DNA from: an uncultured Bacteroidales bacterium
GTDB lineage: Bacteria > Bacteroidota > Bacteroidia > Bacteroidales > FEN-979
DNA length: 64,000 nucleotides
Assembly: GCA_903885595.1 (NCBI GenBank)
Contig: CAISJJ010000250.1
Span: forward strand, 12,207 to 76,206
Direction of reading: 5' to 3'
A program made the translations under genes and the position numbers. A model generated the notes under the pieces. That model was not told the DNA's origin. It saw nothing but the letters and a program-made list of their open reading frames with translations, and searched no databases. Shown here in pieces: positions 48,818 to 58,611 of this stretch (position 1 is the first letter of the stretch; each line of letters begins with the position of its first letter).

Positions 48818-51274
48818 TCAATTTTCAATTTTAAGATATTCCTTCGCAACCGCACTGAGTTTATTGTTCCAGTGATTACTTGCTGCTTTTGCATACGCAA
48901 TGGTTTCATCATCGCTATACCGGAGTTTCTTAAGTAATGTGAAAGCATTCATCCGGGTTTCGAATTCAAATTTCGGACTGCAGTAACTGATGAGTTCTGT
49001 TAAAAATTCCTTATTCCCGCCACTTATACTTATTTCAAGCCATTTCATCCTTATATTTTTTCCTCGCCATCCTTCCATATCCCGGGTAATTTCCAAATAT
49101 GCTTCTTTGCTTTTTGGAAAGGAGCCACATAAAGCGTCCAGTGCCAGTTCAACATTCAGATAACTCGAATCATACAACATCCCTTCTGTTGTACTCTGCA
49201 AAAGATCAGGGACCGGATTCAGATTTTTAAGTGCCGCCTTGCGAACATTGGCATCCTTGTCGCGCAATGCCTGCCGGAAAAGCTCCATCACCTCCGGGGA
49301 ATACTCCGCTGACAGTTGCCCGAGAATTTCCGTCTTGATCAGCCAGAATGATTCCGTATGAAATGCCTTTACCTGCAGATCCACTTTTTTATCAGCAGGG
49401 GCACTTCGCAATGCAAGCCACGCATCATACCGGTCAATCATATTTTCAGCTTTTAAAGCCTGGGCGGCTATTTGTTCAAAACTTCGCTCAAATGTTACCT
49501 TTTTCAGGATTTTCCGGTTGGGATCAAACAATACGAACTCGACCAGCTTCCGGCCAGGATTGGGGAGAATGACCTCGGTATATTGTTTCTCGATCCGGGT
49601 TTTTATTTTGTCTGATGAGCCGTCGGTGTAGTGCACCTCAAACTGGATGGGCATTTGAAAAAGTCCGCTGAGTTCATTCACCACCTGGGTTTGCCATACT
49701 TTAAAACAGGTACTGTAATTTCCAAAAGAATCAATCACAACAGAATCCGATACTTTGTACTCAGGCTCTCCTCCTCTTAAAATCCATTGATCGAAAAACC
49801 AATTGTACGGTTTGCCGCTTGTTTCATAAACACAACGGATGAAATCGTTGGTTTCGGCATAGCCAAATCCATATTTTTCAAGATAATGCCTTATCGCATC
49901 CATGAACTCCCGATCGCCCATTATATCCCTGAGCATATCAAGCACAAGCGAACCTTTCTGGTATATCCGCTGCACGCCTCCGCGGGTTCCTCCGACAGGG
50001 AAACTGTTTTTCGCAGCAGCATCGAACGCCAGCAGCATCTCGTCGTTACGGAGGTTCTGGTAAAAGTCCTCGCCATAAACACTTTTTTCAAACATTTTTG
50101 CATAATAGGTTCCAAAGCTCTCGGTAAGCCAGACATCCCTGTTTACAAAATGGGCCACATAATTCCCAAACCACTGATGGGCCAGCTCATGGGCATTCAC
50201 ATTCACATAGTTGCGCTGCCACCAGGCACGGGGATCAATCTGCATAAAATCACCAAACACCGTGCTGGTCGTGGTTTCCATGGCTCCATACATGTAATCG
50301 ATCACCGGGGCTTCACGGTAAACTGGGTATGGATAGGGAACCCCCATCTCCTTTTCGAAGAAATCGAACATCTGCCCCGTATATTTATAGGTTGTGGCAA
50401 CGCGGTCGGGCATATCGGAATAGAACCAGTACTCAAGGGGCACCCCGCGGGAAGTTTCATCACTCAAATAATCATAATCGCCAATCACCAAAGCCGTGGA
50501 GAAAAAAGGGTGGTCTTTTTCCATGGCATAATGCCAGGTGCTGGTGCCATCGGCATTTGCCTCAATACCCATTCGCTCACCATTCGAGAACACCTTGTAT
50601 TTATTATCAAAGGTGATAAACAAATCCATCGTGATCCGTCCCTCCATAAAAGGTATCCAGCCATGCGGCCGGTGAGCCCAGATTTGCCTTCGCTTACCGG
50701 TCTCTTCCGGTCTCCACCCGATAAAATAGATTGCGCCGGCGGGTGGCGCAGCAGTATATGAAATTGAGATCGTATCAAATGGTTCCACGTTGTGTGTTCC
50801 GGGTTCCGGATTTTGAGATTCTGAATCAGCAATCGCTGTTTCGGATTCGTCATTTTGTATTTCTGATCCGGCGTTACCTGATCCGCGCTTCTGTTTCATA
50901 ACCGACCCGGGATAGACTATGAGGTTTATTCCCGATTGACGGAATTTTACATCCTTGCTATTGATTGTTACGGAAAATATCTGAAAATCAGGTGTGTAAA
51001 ATACGACAGAGTCGGTTTGATACCGGTTTGGCACAATGGTGAATTCCGCAAGTCCGGTAATTTTATTCTGTTCGGGCTGAAATGAGACCCGGGCGGTAAG
51101 GTGCTTCAGGGTGACCGGCATATCGGGTGGTATCGAAGCTGGATCAGCATAATAGGTGACGGTTTTCTCCTGTGCAGTCACCCCGGTCGTAAAAGAGAAG
51201 AGTATCAGTATTGAAAGTATCAGGGTAACAGGGAAAATCAAATTACGTGATTCTCTTATAAATCTGTAGGACAT
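48818..51274 (-). CDS. M1-family Zn aminopeptidase with HEAT-like C-terminus
   Basis: GAMET, HELAHQWFG..18..E (WLTES) and YQKG motifs; signal peptide. Confidence 0.93.
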   Translation of the reverse strand: MSYRFIRESRNLIFPVTLILSILILFSFTTGVTAQEKTVTYYADPASIPPDMPVTLKHLTARVSFQPEQNKITGLAEFTIVPNRYQTDSVVFYTPDFQIFSVTINSKDVKFRQSGINLIVYPGSVMKQKRGSGNAGSEIQNDESETAIADSESQNPEPGTHNVEPFDTISISYTAAPPAGAIYFIGWRPEETGKRRQIWAHRPHGWIPFMEGRITMDLFITFDNKYKVFSNGERMGIEANADGTSTWHYAMEKDHPFFSTALVIGDYDYLSDETSRGVPLEYWFYSDMPDRVATTYKYTGQMFDFFEKEMGVPYPYPVYREAPVIDYMYGAMETTTSTVFGDFMQIDPRAWWQRNYVNVNAHELAHQWFGNYVAHFVNRDVWLTESFGTYYAKMFEKSVYGEDFYQNLRNDEMLLAFDAAAKNSFPVGGTRGGVQRIYQKGSLVLDMLRDIMGDREFMDAIRHYLEKYGFGYAETNDFIRCVYETSGKPYNWFFDQWILRGGEPEYKVSDSVVIDSFGNYSTCFKVWQTQVVNELSGLFQMPIQFEVHYTDGSSDKIKTRIEKQYTEVILPNPGRKLVEFVLFDPNRKILKKVTFERSFEQIAAQALKAENMIDRYDAWLALRSAPADKKVDLQVKAFHTESFWLIKTEILGQLSAEYSPEVMELFRQALRDKDANVRKAALKNLNPVPDLLQSTTEGMLYDSSYLNVELALDALCGSFPKSKEAYLEITRDMEGWRGKNIRMKWLEISISGGNKEFLTELISYCSPKFEFETRMNAFTLLKKLRYSDDETIAYAKAASNHWNNKLSAVAKEYLKIEN

Positions 51275-51349
51275 AAATACATATTTATTATGTTTGCTTA
51301 CGGTTCATATCCCGATGGGAAGTGAAGAATTCAAAATTAACAAAATTCA

Positions 51350-53218
51350 ATGAAGAAAATCCTGCTCAGCGAAAAACTCATCCTATACTTTGTTTTGCTG
51401 GGCCTCGGCGCCATTGTAATCGTCAGCACGGTCTCTTTCTTCGGTACAAAAACCGCCTTGATGAACCGTACTTTCGATCAGCTCACTTCTCTCCGCATCA
51501 CAAAAAATAATCAGGTTGAACAATTCTTCAACGACCGGATCCGTGACATGCAGCTTCTTGCCGGTGATGATGATACAAAAATGCTGGCTACTGCAATTTC
51601 CCAGAATGGACAGGAAAACAAGCGCAGGAGTATACAGGATGACAAACTGACAGATGTGGCGGTGGAACGGATCAATGACCAGGTTGACCGGTACCTTTCA
51701 AAATACAAATTGTTCCAGTACCATTTCATTGGTTTTTATCTTTTTTCCGATCCTGAAGAAAGTATTGGTCAATGTTTTTCTGATTCCATTTTTTCCGGAA
51801 TTCAACCACTTCCCATTTTTTTACGGAACGTTGATTTCCATAAAAGCTCTTACTCTTCGCACGTGGCCATTACCGATGAGAGTTTTGATGTAGCGACGAA
51901 CAGACCCAGGATGTTTATCTCGGCTCCCGTAATTACTGGCAGCCCAGGCCAGGATTGGAAAAATACAACCCTGATTCTTGAGGTTTCAATTGATGCCATC
52001 GACACAATCATGCTTAATAATGACCCCTTGAGCGGACTGGGATTAACTGGAGAAACTTACCTTGTAGGGTCTGATTATAAAATGCGTTCATCTTCCAGAT
52101 TCCAACCCGGCTCCATACTGAATACAGTGGTTAAAACAGCTCCTGTGGAAGCAGCGATCGCAGGAAAGGGAGGATGTATCATCTCCTTTGATTACCGTAA
52201 TATTCCTGTTCTGTCCTCATATAAAAATGTTTCTGTTCACGGGCTTAACTGGGCAATTTTAGCTGAAATCGACCTTAAGGAAGCCATGATTCCAATCTAT
52301 GAAACACGTACCCGCATCTTACTGCTCAGTGTACTCATTCTTCTTGTTTTTTTCGCTTTTGTTTTTATGATTTCCCGGCATATCACCAAACCAATCATAC
52401 GTTTGAAGGATGCCACCATTAAACTTGGACAGGGAAATTATAATATGGTACTTCCTGTCGAATCAATGGATGAAATCGGCATGTTAACTGAATCTTTCAA
52501 CATCATGTCCCGCCAGATCAGAGAGAAAACCTCCGAACTTCAGCGTGAGCGATTCGGAAGTATGCGGTCGGTGATCGATGGCGAAGAGATGGAAAGGCAG
52601 CGCCTTTCAAGAGAGCTTCACGATGGAATCGGACAGTTGCTCATCGCGATTAAACTGAGGTTGGAAGGCCTTTTATACCAGGACGGAAAGGATATAAAAA
52701 ATTCCATCCAGGAGTTGAAGAAATATTTCGATCAGATCATTGACGAGGTTCGCCGGATTTCAAATAATCTGATGCCATCGGTACTTGAAGCTTTCGGGCT
52801 GGCCATTGCATTCAGGAATCTCTTTACCGATACAGAAGAACTCAGCGGGCTAAGGATCCATTTCGAAGCAAAAGGCGACTTCGACAACCTCGATAAAAAG
52901 GTCAAAACCTATATTTACCGCTTAACACAGGAAGCGTTGAGTAATATTGTGAAACACGCTGAAGCCCGCGAAGTGTGGGTTAACCTGAACCGTGAAGGTG
53001 AATTATTATCGCTCATGATCCGCGATGATGGAAAAGGATTTTCCCCGGAAAACGCCGGAAAAGCCGGTGGAAACGGTATTCATAATATGCGGGAACGAGT
53101 GAGTCTGCTCGACGGGCGAATCGAAATCAGGTCTGAAGCCCGGCAAGGCACCACCATCAAAGTAACTATACCAATAATTTCACACTATGCCAGCAATCAG
53201 GATTTTCCTCGTGGATGA
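51350..53218 (+). CDS. Sensor histidine kinase (Cache-like periplasmic domain, HAMP, HisKA_3, HATPase)
   Basis: Two TM helices, DEIGMLTESFNIM (HAMP), ERQRLSRELHDGIGQ, QEALSNIVKHA and DDGKGF motifs. Confidence 0.93.
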   Translation: MKKILLSEKLILYFVLLGLGAIVIVSTVSFFGTKTALMNRTFDQLTSLRITKNNQVEQFFNDRIRDMQLLAGDDDTKMLATAISQNGQENKRRSIQDDKLTDVAVERINDQVDRYLSKYKLFQYHFIGFYLFSDPEESIGQCFSDSIFSGIQPLPIFLRNVDFHKSSYSSHVAITDESFDVATNRPRMFISAPVITGSPGQDWKNTTLILEVSIDAIDTIMLNNDPLSGLGLTGETYLVGSDYKMRSSSRFQPGSILNTVVKTAPVEAAIAGKGGCIISFDYRNIPVLSSYKNVSVHGLNWAILAEIDLKEAMIPIYETRTRILLLSVLILLVFFAFVFMISRHITKPIIRLKDATIKLGQGNYNMVLPVESMDEIGMLTESFNIMSRQIREKTSELQRERFGSMRSVIDGEEMERQRLSRELHDGIGQLLIAIKLRLEGLLYQDGKDIKNSIQELKKYFDQIIDEVRRISNNLMPSVLEAFGLAIAFRNLFTDTEELSGLRIHFEAKGDFDNLDKKVKTYIYRLTQEALSNIVKHAEAREVWVNLNREGELLSLMIRDDGKGFSPENAGKAGGNGIHNMRERVSLLDGRIEIRSEARQGTTIKVTIPIISHYASNQDFPRG

Positions 53219-53846
53219 CCATCAACTCGTGCGTGACGGCATCAAAGCCTTATTGACAAGTTCAAATGATATCAACATTCTTGGAGAAGCCTCCACAGGC
53301 AAGGAGTGTTTCGAAAAGATTGCTCTTACCCCCCCCGATATCCTGATCCTTGATATCTCGCTGCCCGACACCAATGGCATTGAAATTACCAGGAGAATCA
53401 CAGCAGAATATCCCGAAATGCGGGTACTCATACTCTCCATGTATACGAATGAGGACTTTATTTTCAATTCGGTGAAGGCCGGGGCTAAGGGATACCTGCC
53501 GAAAAACACTTCACGGGAAGAGCTTCTCAGTGCGATCCATGCAATTTACGAAGGAGAGGAATTTTTCTCCGATTCCATATCACGCATCATGCTGAAAAGT
53601 TACGTTCGTAAGGCAAAAGAAGATGATTTAGTCTCCCAGAGCGGGCCAATACCACTCACTTCCCGCGAAATCGAGATCCTGAAACTATTTGCCGAAGGAT
53701 TTATAAATAAGGAAATCAGCGACCATCTCGTAATCAGTATCCGTACCGTGGAAACCCATAAAAACCACATTATGAAGAAACTAGAACTGAAATCGACCGT
53801 CGAACTGATCAAATATGCCATCAGGAATAAGATTGTTGAGATCTGA
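53187..53846 (+). CDS. NarL/LuxR-family response regulator
   Basis: LVDDH, ILDISLP, GYLPK and LTSREIEIL...TVETHKNHIMKKL motifs. Confidence 0.95.
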   Translation: MPAIRIFLVDDHQLVRDGIKALLTSSNDINILGEASTGKECFEKIALTPPDILILDISLPDTNGIEITRRITAEYPEMRVLILSMYTNEDFIFNSVKAGAKGYLPKNTSREELLSAIHAIYEGEEFFSDSISRIMLKSYVRKAKEDDLVSQSGPIPLTSREIEILKLFAEGFINKEISDHLVISIRTVETHKNHIMKKLELKSTVELIKYAIRNKIVEI

Positions 53847-54079
53847 TAGTAAATATGAAAACCGAAACGGAACACTACCTGGCTAAGCAAATACCGGATA
53901 TCTGATCTGGATTATTTCCTGATGAAAAAAATTCCGACCATAAGCACTTATACCTTGTAAGAAATACCCGTACCATACTCTCTGTTTTTACCTAATTAAA
54001 ATTCAGTAGTTTACGGGATTGCAAGGAATGAAGGAGCGCACTAACATTGCATGTGAAACAATTAACAAAACACATTGCA

Positions 54080-54907
54080 ATGAAAAATCATTTTACCCAA
54101 ATCTGCACTTTTATTCTGGGAATCATTATGATTGCTCAGACAAATAGTGTGTTAGCCCAACTGCAGGATGAAAATAAAACTGAAGAAAAGACTGGCGCTC
54201 CAGCAACCTTCAGTGTGGGCGCCGACCTGGTAAGTCGTTATATATGGCGAGGCGCGGATTACGGAAATTCACCGGGGATTCAGCCTGCGGTTGCATTCTC
54301 TGTGGCAGGTTTTAAAGCCGGTTTCTGGGGCTCATATGGTTTCGGCCAGTATTCAAACCAAATCAACGATACCGTAGTTGTAAACATGGGCAACTATGCG
54401 GAATTCGACTTCTACCTTTCTTATACATTGAAAGGTTTTACCATCATGGCCTACGATTATTTCCTTCCCAATTCTCTCGATCCAAACAGCGGGAACCGGT
54501 ATTTTGATTTCAAAAACAACACGACCGGTCACACCATTGAAGTTTGTATTTCATGGGCAGGCCCCGAAAAGTTCCCTTTGCAACTCTTTGCAGGTACGCT
54601 GGTATATGGCGCTGATAAAGGCAAGGATTCAACCGGAGTATATGGAGCCGGAAACGACAACAATTTTTCAACCTATTTTGAAGCGGCCTACCAGTTTAAT
54701 GTCAAAGGGTTTGGGGTAAAACCTTTTATCGGAGGCATCCCGTTTGGTTCATCATGGTATGGTCCCACAGCGGGAATTATCAACGCCGGATGCACGGTTT
54801 CAAAATCTATTCCTATCACCAAAGATTACTCACTTCCTGTCTTCGGATCCATTATAACCAATCCTCAGGCGGAAAGTGTGTTTCTGGTGTTTGGGATCTC
54901 ATTGTAG
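54080..54907 (+). CDS. TorF-like putative outer-membrane porin
   Basis: Signal peptide, DLVSRYIWRG...PGIQP, alternating beta-strands, C-terminal VFGISL. Confidence 0.75.
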   Translation: MKNHFTQICTFILGIIMIAQTNSVLAQLQDENKTEEKTGAPATFSVGADLVSRYIWRGADYGNSPGIQPAVAFSVAGFKAGFWGSYGFGQYSNQINDTVVVNMGNYAEFDFYLSYTLKGFTIMAYDYFLPNSLDPNSGNRYFDFKNNTTGHTIEVCISWAGPEKFPLQLFAGTLVYGADKGKDSTGVYGAGNDNNFSTYFEAAYQFNVKGFGVKPFIGGIPFGSSWYGPTAGIINAGCTVSKSIPITKDYSLPVFGSIITNPQAESVFLVFGISL

Positions 54908-54908
54908 G

Positions 54909-54964
54909 TAGCGAAATAGCGAAGTAGCGAAATAGCGAAGTAGCGAAATAGCGAAATAGTGAAA
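54909..54964 (+). repeat. Octamer array TAGCGAAA/TAGCGAAG x7
   Basis: Six TAGCGAAR units then TAGTGAAA, starting just after the porin stop codon. Confidence 0.95.
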
Positions 54965-55077
54965 TGCGAGGCATTCGGGAACACCCGAAAAAATAAATAC
55001 GATCATGCGCAAATTTCGAAATCAATAAATTGAAATAAGCATACCAAAATTTAAATCGAAAATCTAAAATCATTTTT

Positions 55078-56307
55078 ATGGGAACAATCGATGTTGGTTC
55101 AACCGGGTTTATGCTGTTATCGGCAAGCCTGGTCATGTTAATGACGCCTGCGCTGGCGTTCTTCTATGGTGGTTTAGCAACGAAGCGCAATATATTGGGA
55201 ATTATGATTCAAAGCTTCGCTTCATTGGGCTGGACAACTGTGCTATGGGTTACCTTCGGATACTCATTGTGCTTCAGTGGCGGAGAAGGCGGAATCTTTG
55301 GAAATCTTGATAAAATTTTCCTCAATGGGGTCACCATTGATTCAATCTATGCTGGAAATGGAAAAATTCCAGAAATCGTTTTCATCGTTTACCAGATGAT
55401 GTTCGCTATCATCACCCCTGCACTGATAACCGGGGCATTTGTAAACCGTGTCACATTCAGGTCTTACATGATTTTCCTCACGGTTTGGCAGATCATGGTA
55501 TATTATCCGTTTGTCCATATGATATGGGGCAACGGATTACTTGCTCAGTGGGGAGTACTTGATTTTGCAGGCGGAATTGTGGTTCATGCCACTGCAGGTT
55601 TTGCAGCGCTCGCTTCCGTATTTTATATTGGCGCCCGAACCGATAAGAATTCGACGCCTAACAGTATTCCGCTTGTTGCCATCGGAAGTGGATTGCTTTG
55701 GTTTGGCTGGTATGGCTTTAATGCCGGCAGTGAGCTCCAGGTGGATAAAATCACTGCGCTTGCTTTTATAAATACAGATGTGGCCGCCTCATTTGCCACT
55801 GCCACCTGGGTCGCCATCGAATGGATCCGTGAAGGGAGACCAAAACTTCTTGGGTTATTGACTGGCTCCATCGCCGGGTTGGCTACCATTACACCCTGCG
55901 CCGGGTTTGTTCCGATGTGGTCGGCACCTATTATCGGGGCTGCAGCTGGAGTAACCTGTTACCTGGCCGTACAACTGAAAAACAAACTAAAATGGGATGA
56001 TGCGCTCGATGTGTGGGGGGTTCATGGAGTTGGTGGACTGCTGGGCACCATCCTCCTCGGTGTTTTTGCCACCAGCGCAATCAACCCGGCGGTCCTTTCT
56101 GAAGGATTATGGTTTGGACAAGGTTCGTTTTTCTTCAAACAACTGATCACGGTTATCGCAGCCTCTGCCTACGCTTTCATTTTCACTTACATCATGCTGG
56201 CTTTGATTAACCTGATTACACGCGTCAGGGTTACTGAAGAACACGAAAAAGCCGGACTGGATATAGCTTTGCACGGAGAAAAAGCATACGATGAGGGATC
56301 GCTCTGA
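55078..56307 (+). CDS. amtB: Ammonium transporter
   Basis: MTPALAFFYGG, YQMMFAIIT, DFAGGIVVH, WFGWYGFN and DDALDVWGVHG (twin His intact). Confidence 0.95.
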   Translation: MGTIDVGSTGFMLLSASLVMLMTPALAFFYGGLATKRNILGIMIQSFASLGWTTVLWVTFGYSLCFSGGEGGIFGNLDKIFLNGVTIDSIYAGNGKIPEIVFIVYQMMFAIITPALITGAFVNRVTFRSYMIFLTVWQIMVYYPFVHMIWGNGLLAQWGVLDFAGGIVVHATAGFAALASVFYIGARTDKNSTPNSIPLVAIGSGLLWFGWYGFNAGSELQVDKITALAFINTDVAASFATATWVAIEWIREGRPKLLGLLTGSIAGLATITPCAGFVPMWSAPIIGAAAGVTCYLAVQLKNKLKWDDALDVWGVHGVGGLLGTILLGVFATSAINPAVLSEGLWFGQGSFFFKQLITVIAASAYAFIFTYIMLALINLITRVRVTEEHEKAGLDIALHGEKAYDEGSL

Positions 56308-56491
56308 AGTGAATCCTGATCATTCGGATCTGAAGGAAGGTTATCACATTGACCATGTGGTAGCCTTTTTTGTTTCTTAACGGGAAGAATCACAATATCA
56401 GTATCTGGATAATCAATTTCACTTTTGAATCAATCCCATTTTTTGCACCTTTGCAGGGAGTATTGATAGCGATTCTTCAGGTATTTACAAA

Positions 56492-57352
56492 ATGGCACCG
56501 ATGAAACAATTCTCTAAAATCATGGAAATACAGGAATACCTGTGCAGTCAATCGGATATTGGCAAGCGCATCGGTTTTGTTCCGACAATGGGCGCGTTGC
56601 ATAAGGGTCACCTGGCCCTGATGAACCGTTCGAAAATGGAAAATGATCTCACAGTTTGCAGTATTTTTGTAAACCCTATCCAATTCAACAACCAGGAAGA
56701 TCTGGCAAAATATCCGCGCACACTGGCCTCAGACATAAAAATGCTGGAAGATATCGGTTGCGATGTCCTATTCGTTCCAGGCACGTTGGAAATGTACCCT
56801 GAGAATGAAACCTACATCTTTGATCTTGAATTTGGCACGCTGGATAAAGGATTAGAGGGAAAATTCAGGCCAGGACATTTTAAAGGCGTCGCCATTGTTG
56901 TTAAAAAATTGTTTGACATTATCAAACCGACACGTGCCTATTTTGGAAAAAAGGATTTTCAGCAGCTGGCAATTATCCGTCATATGGTCAAAACACTTCA
57001 GATCCCGGTTGACATTATTCCCTGTGCCACAGTCAGGGAGCCCGACGGATTAGCCATGAGTTCACGAAATATGCGGCTGACGATTGCCGAACGTACTATT
57101 GCACCAAAATTATTTCAAATCATGTCGATGGTGAAAACAAAAGCCGGGAAGATACCAGTAGAGGAATTGAAAGAATGGGCAATAAAAAAAATCCATGAAA
57201 ACCCAGCTTTCCGTGTCGAATATTTTGAAATCAGCGATGAGGATAGTCTGTTGCCCCTAAGGAACTGGAATCAAAAAGAGCAAGCAGTTGCATTAACTGC
57301 TGTTTTTTTAGGAGATGTCCGCCTGATCGACAATATTGAACTTTTTTCGTAA
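56492..57352 (+). CDS. panC: Pantoate--beta-alanine ligase
   Basis: GFVPTMGALHKGH, SIFVNPIQF, RPGHF, GLAMSSRN and RLIDN motifs. Start may be 56501. Confidence 0.97.
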   Translation: MAPMKQFSKIMEIQEYLCSQSDIGKRIGFVPTMGALHKGHLALMNRSKMENDLTVCSIFVNPIQFNNQEDLAKYPRTLASDIKMLEDIGCDVLFVPGTLEMYPENETYIFDLEFGTLDKGLEGKFRPGHFKGVAIVVKKLFDIIKPTRAYFGKKDFQQLAIIRHMVKTLQIPVDIIPCATVREPDGLAMSSRNMRLTIAERTIAPKLFQIMSMVKTKAGKIPVEELKEWAIKKIHENPAFRVEYFEISDEDSLLPLRNWNQKEQAVALTAVFLGDVRLIDNIELFS

Positions 57353-57361
57353 TTTTGCTGC

Positions 57362-57575
57362 ATGATGCGGTTCAGGTATTGAAATCGAAGATCTATCGTG
57401 CCGTTGTCATCAGCACCTATATAAATTCAACAGGCAGTATTAGATCCTTGAGGCGGTTATAACTGCATCCTAAACGATCAAGGATTTTGATGGAGCCAAA
57501 AACTTCAAGTTATCCATTGCATTTGCCGATTCAAAAAACAAATTCGTCAAGGTTAAAAAACACAGGAATGATTGA
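57362..57575 (+). pseudogene. panD: Decayed aspartate 1-decarboxylase gene (frameshift plus internal deletion)
   Basis: The frame from 57370 reads VQVLKSKIYRAVVISTYINSTGSI (PanD N-terminus up to the G-S cleavage site). The frame from 57483 reads DFDGAKNFKLSIAFADSKNK...* (PanD C-terminus). The ATG is out of frame by 1 nt. Confidence 0.8.
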
Positions 57576-58611
57576 GATCCCAGCGGAAGAAACGCCCCGA
57601 ACCAACCCGGCGGCAACTTTTATTAAATTTTCGCTGTTCCTGGGCCTTGGTATTTTTATTATATGGCTTTCGCTGCGTGGCCTGACCCCCCTCGAGCGAA
57701 GCCAGATCCTGCACTCCTTTCGCATTGCCAATTATAATTGGGTTATCCTCACCATTGTGATGGGTGTATTCAGTCACATACTTCGTTCGCTCCGATGGAT
57801 GCTCTTTTTTGAACCCATGGGCTACAAACCATCCCTTAAAAACACCTTTTTCGCGGTGATGGTCGGATATTTTGCAAACCTTGCTTTTCCGAGGCTGGGT
57901 GAAGTGACCAGGTGCGGTATCCTGGCCCGTTACGAAAATATTCCCTTCAACAAATCATTTGGCACGGTGATCACTGAAAGAGCGATTGATATGATTTTTT
58001 TTATTCTTTTGTTTTTTCTCATGATCATTACTCAAGCTGGAACTATCGGACATTACTTAAATTCCAATATTTATCCAAAGCTGGCGGAAAAATTCCAGAA
58101 CCCTATTTTCAGCAGCGTGTTTATCATCACTGGCGTGATCCTGGTCATTGTCGTTTTTACGTTTCTCTTCCTGATGCGAAAAAAGATAGCCACCTCCAAG
58201 TTTTTCCTGAAAGTCAAAAAACTGATCCTCGGATTTTGGGAAGGATTAAAATCACTAAGCCAGATTCGTAAACCCGGCCTATTCATTTTTTATTCTGTCA
58301 CCATCTGGGGTTTGTACTTTTTTATGCTTTACGTTTGTTTCTTCTGCTTCGCCGATACGAGTACCCTTAGTCCCGGCGCCGGGCTTTCGTCGCTGGTTTT
58401 GGGTAGTGTCGGAATCATGGTAACCCCCGGAGGGATCGGACTCTATCCTGCAATCATCCAGGAGACACTCATGTTATATGGCATATCACGTCCAACCGGA
58501 CTGGCTTTGGGATGGATTGCCTGGACAGCACAAACCGGTATGATCTTGCTTATCGGCGGCATTTCATTGATATTACTTTCATTCAATAAAAAAACCAATG
58601 GAAAGACTTAA
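57568..58611 (+). CDS. Lysylphosphatidylglycerol synthase TM-domain / flippase-like protein (YbhN family)
   Basis: LRSLRW, GYFANLAFPRLGEVTR, TERAID and TPGGIG motifs. Start MIEIP at 57568 overlaps the panD relic stop. Confidence 0.88.
   Translation: MIEIPAEETPRTNPAATFIKFSLFLGLGIFIIWLSLRGLTPLERSQILHSFRIANYNWVILTIVMGVFSHILRSLRWMLFFEPMGYKPSLKNTFFAVMVGYFANLAFPRLGEVTRCGILARYENIPFNKSFGTVITERAIDMIFFILLFFLMIITQAGTIGHYLNSNIYPKLAEKFQNPIFSSVFIITGVILVIVVFTFLFLMRKKIATSKFFLKVKKLILGFWEGLKSLSQIRKPGLFIFYSVTIWGLYFFMLYVCFFCFADTSTLSPGAGLSSLVLGSVGIMVTPGGIGLYPAIIQETLMLYGISRPTGLALGWIAWTAQTGMILLIGGISLILLSFNKKTNGKT

Noticed and set aside
49787-50761. 324-aa plus-strand ORF
   Set aside because: It is entirely antisense to the M1 aminopeptidase catalytic region and has no recognisable motif, so it is treated as a shadow ORF.
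54852-55136. 94-aa minus-strand ORF containing LFRYFATS repeats
   Set aside because: It is the translation of the octamer array and overlaps two real plus-strand genes.
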